In this document: in pieces, positions 61,857-64,000 of the stretch
How the letters are laid out: every line of letters starts with the position of its first letter
Numbering within the stretch: position 1 is the stretch's first letter
Program-made: the position numbers and the translations under genes
Assembly (NCBI GenBank): GCA_038087875.1
Contig: CM075988.1
Span: forward strand, 7,690,001 to 7,754,000
DNA length: 64,000 nt
Direction of reading: 5' to 3'
Source of the DNA: Malacoraja senta
Lineage: Eukaryota
Notes under the pieces: generated by a model
What the model was told of the DNA's origin: nothing
The model's database searches: none
What the model saw: only the letters and a program-made list of their open reading frames with translations

Positions 61857-62150
61857 GGGGCATGGTGGCGCAGTGGTAGAGCTACTGCCTTACAGCGCCA
61901 GAGACCCGGGTTCAAACCTGACTACGGACGCTTGTCTTTATGGAGTTTGTACGTTCTCCCCGTGGATTTTCTCCAAGAACTTCGGTTTCCTCCCACACTC
62001 CAAAGACATACTTGTTTGTAAGGTTAATTGGCTTGGTATAAATGTAAATTGTCACTAGTGTGTGTGGGATAGTGTAGGTGTGCGGGGATCGCTGGCCGGT
62101 GGGCCGACGGGCTATGTTTCCACGTTTTATCTCTAAACTAAACTGAACTA
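61857..62150 (+). mobile_element. tRNA-derived SINE (HE1/V-SINE-like)
   Basis: ggtggcgcagtggtaga A box and ggttcaaacc B box. Confidence 0.85.
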
Positions 62151-62353
62151 ATCTCACAAGCTTCTGTGCTATATTTGCATTTTTACAATTTATGCAAAAC
62201 CATTATTTTATTTAGGAGGCATAATTGATGTTTGTTGGCTCTGCCTTATTCTCTACCATTGTGCCAAAATGATGGAACTCTTGTCGTCAGCTACTTCAAC
62301 TATCTAAAGATAACATTGCCCTGTCATTATAATTTAATTTGAATCGGTATAAA

Positions 62354-62680
62354 TTTAGGTTTTATTTAGTTTAGAGATACAGCGTGGAAACAGGCCCTTC
62401 GGCCCACCGAGTCTGCACCGAACAGTGATCCTCGCACATCAACACAAGCCTACACACACTCGAGACAATTTTACACTTATACCAAATATACAAACCCAAG
62501 CCAATTAACCTACAAACTTGTACATCTTTGGAGTGTGGGAGGAAACCGAAGATCTCAGAGAAAACCCATGCGGTCACGGGAAAAATGTACAAACTCCGTA
62601 CAGACAGCACCTGTAGTCGGGATCGAACCCGAGTCTCCAGCGCTGCAAGGCAGCAACTCTACCTATGCGCCACCGTGCCG
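62354..62680 (-). mobile_element. tRNA-derived SINE (HE1/V-SINE-like)
   Basis: Same family. Confidence 0.85.
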
Positions 62681-62772
62681 CAGTAGACTTGATATTCTAT
62701 ACATTTTAGTCCATTGCACATAGACAGTTAGTTTTCTCAATTTCTCAAAAATTATTGCTGTCAATTTATGTA

Positions 62773-63085
62773 TAGAGATACAGCATAGAAACATGCTTCT
62801 CGGACCATCGTGTCCACACTGATCATTGCTCACCCCTTCACACTAGTTGTATGCTGTCCCATGGTCTCATCCACTGCCTGCACACTAGGGACAATTTAAT
62901 GAGGCCAATTAACCTACAAACCTGCACACCTTTGGGATGTGGGAGGAAACTGGAGCACCCGAACGAAACCAGCACAGTCACGGGGAGAACGTGCAAACTC
63001 CACACAGACAGTACCCAAGGTCCGTATCGATCTCGGGTCTATAGCGTGGTGGGGCAGCAGGTCTACCTGCTGCACAACTGTGCCA
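62773..63085 (-). mobile_element. tRNA-derived SINE (HE1/V-SINE-like)
   Basis: Same family. Confidence 0.8.
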
Positions 63086-64000
63086 GCTGTTATGTTTTGA
63101 TGATCCAATACATAGAAACATTAGAGATGAGTGGAAGAATATCCATGTAACTAAAGTTTAATGTGGCTGATACCTATTAAATTATTGTCCATTAATATCC
63201 AGGAAATGTGAGGCATGGGACAGGTATTATCAAAGGTTAAAACTGATTCTTTAATTATTAAAACAAATAAAATTGTATTTATTTTTCATCAAAGTAGGTA
63301 ATATTATAATATGAGAGTGGATCATTGGCACGCCTTATAATGGCATCCTAGTTTTGTTTTAACATATAGGGGTACTTCATTATTTTCATATTGCTTGCTA
63401 ACATGGAACAAAGATGTGTGAAGTGAGGGTGAGGGCAGTGCTAACGAGCATGAGTGTCTGTGCAGGAATGAAGGGAAAATAGTTTAAATGTTCTCATAGT
63501 TGTCTGAAATTTAACGAATGTTTAGGTAGACGTCCAGACCAACATTAGGGTGCACTGTGCGACAAAAAAATAATAGTATAGATGTTTTCCAAGATAAAAC
63601 ATTGACATTGGACTGCATAACACAGACACAAATTGAGCAATTATTTTGTCATTGATGTCTGGCGCAACTGCACGAGGGTAATGAAAGTCTGGAATCAGCA
63701 GGGATAGAAAAACAGTCTTTGAAATAACACTGGAAAAAATTATGTCACTCATTCCCTTTCACAAATAACGTGTGAGATGCTTTGATTTTCTTCCTCCTTC
63801 CCGCCACCATTTTCTGGTCTGGCGCTTGGTGTTCGTATGAAAGACGGTGAAAGGCTGCAAACTCTCAACACCTATTCTCATGTTACTTTGGCTTAAAGAA
63901 AGATATCTCCTTATAGATGGGGAAATAAACAAAGAATGCACAACTCAATAATACCTGATGATAATTCCTGATGATATCTTAATGCAATTTTATCACAAAG

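Noticed and set aside
33610..64000. Further PKNOX2 exons (HPLFPLL..., homeodomain)
   Set aside because: Not found by eye or in the ORF track. They probably lie beyond the window, though a short exon could have been missed.

Overview
Eukaryotic, repeat-dense intronic DNA from a cartilaginous fish, probably a skate or ray. This is inferred from HE1/V-SINE-like tRNA SINEs, CR1/HER1-like LINEs and Penelope pieces. The window covers part of the + strand PKNOX2 (PREP2, TALE homeobox) gene, with two coding exons at about 18969-19056 and 33473-33609. The first exon has one extra base relative to the vertebrate orthologue as I recall it. The rest is layered transposons: a structurally complete but coding-decayed 4.8 kb DIRS1-type tyrosine-recombinase retrotransposon (47204-52008, - strand) with inverted termini and an internal circle-junction copy, sitting inside a non-autonomous retroelement that itself interrupts a Penelope element; a young 5'-truncated CR1 (57730-59778); three PIF/Harbinger-type MITEs; Rex1-, RTE- and L2-like fragments; and more than 20 SINEs. 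The most interesting non-obvious signal is a high-copy Penelope-terminal-repeat-derived element, often palindromic, that carries a minimal hammerhead-ribozyme core (CUGA[U/A]GA-A-stem-GAAACGUC). There is a 200-N assembly gap at 18316-18515. No prokaryotic-type systems were seen. Repeat boundaries were read by eye and are approximate unless a target-site duplication is given.
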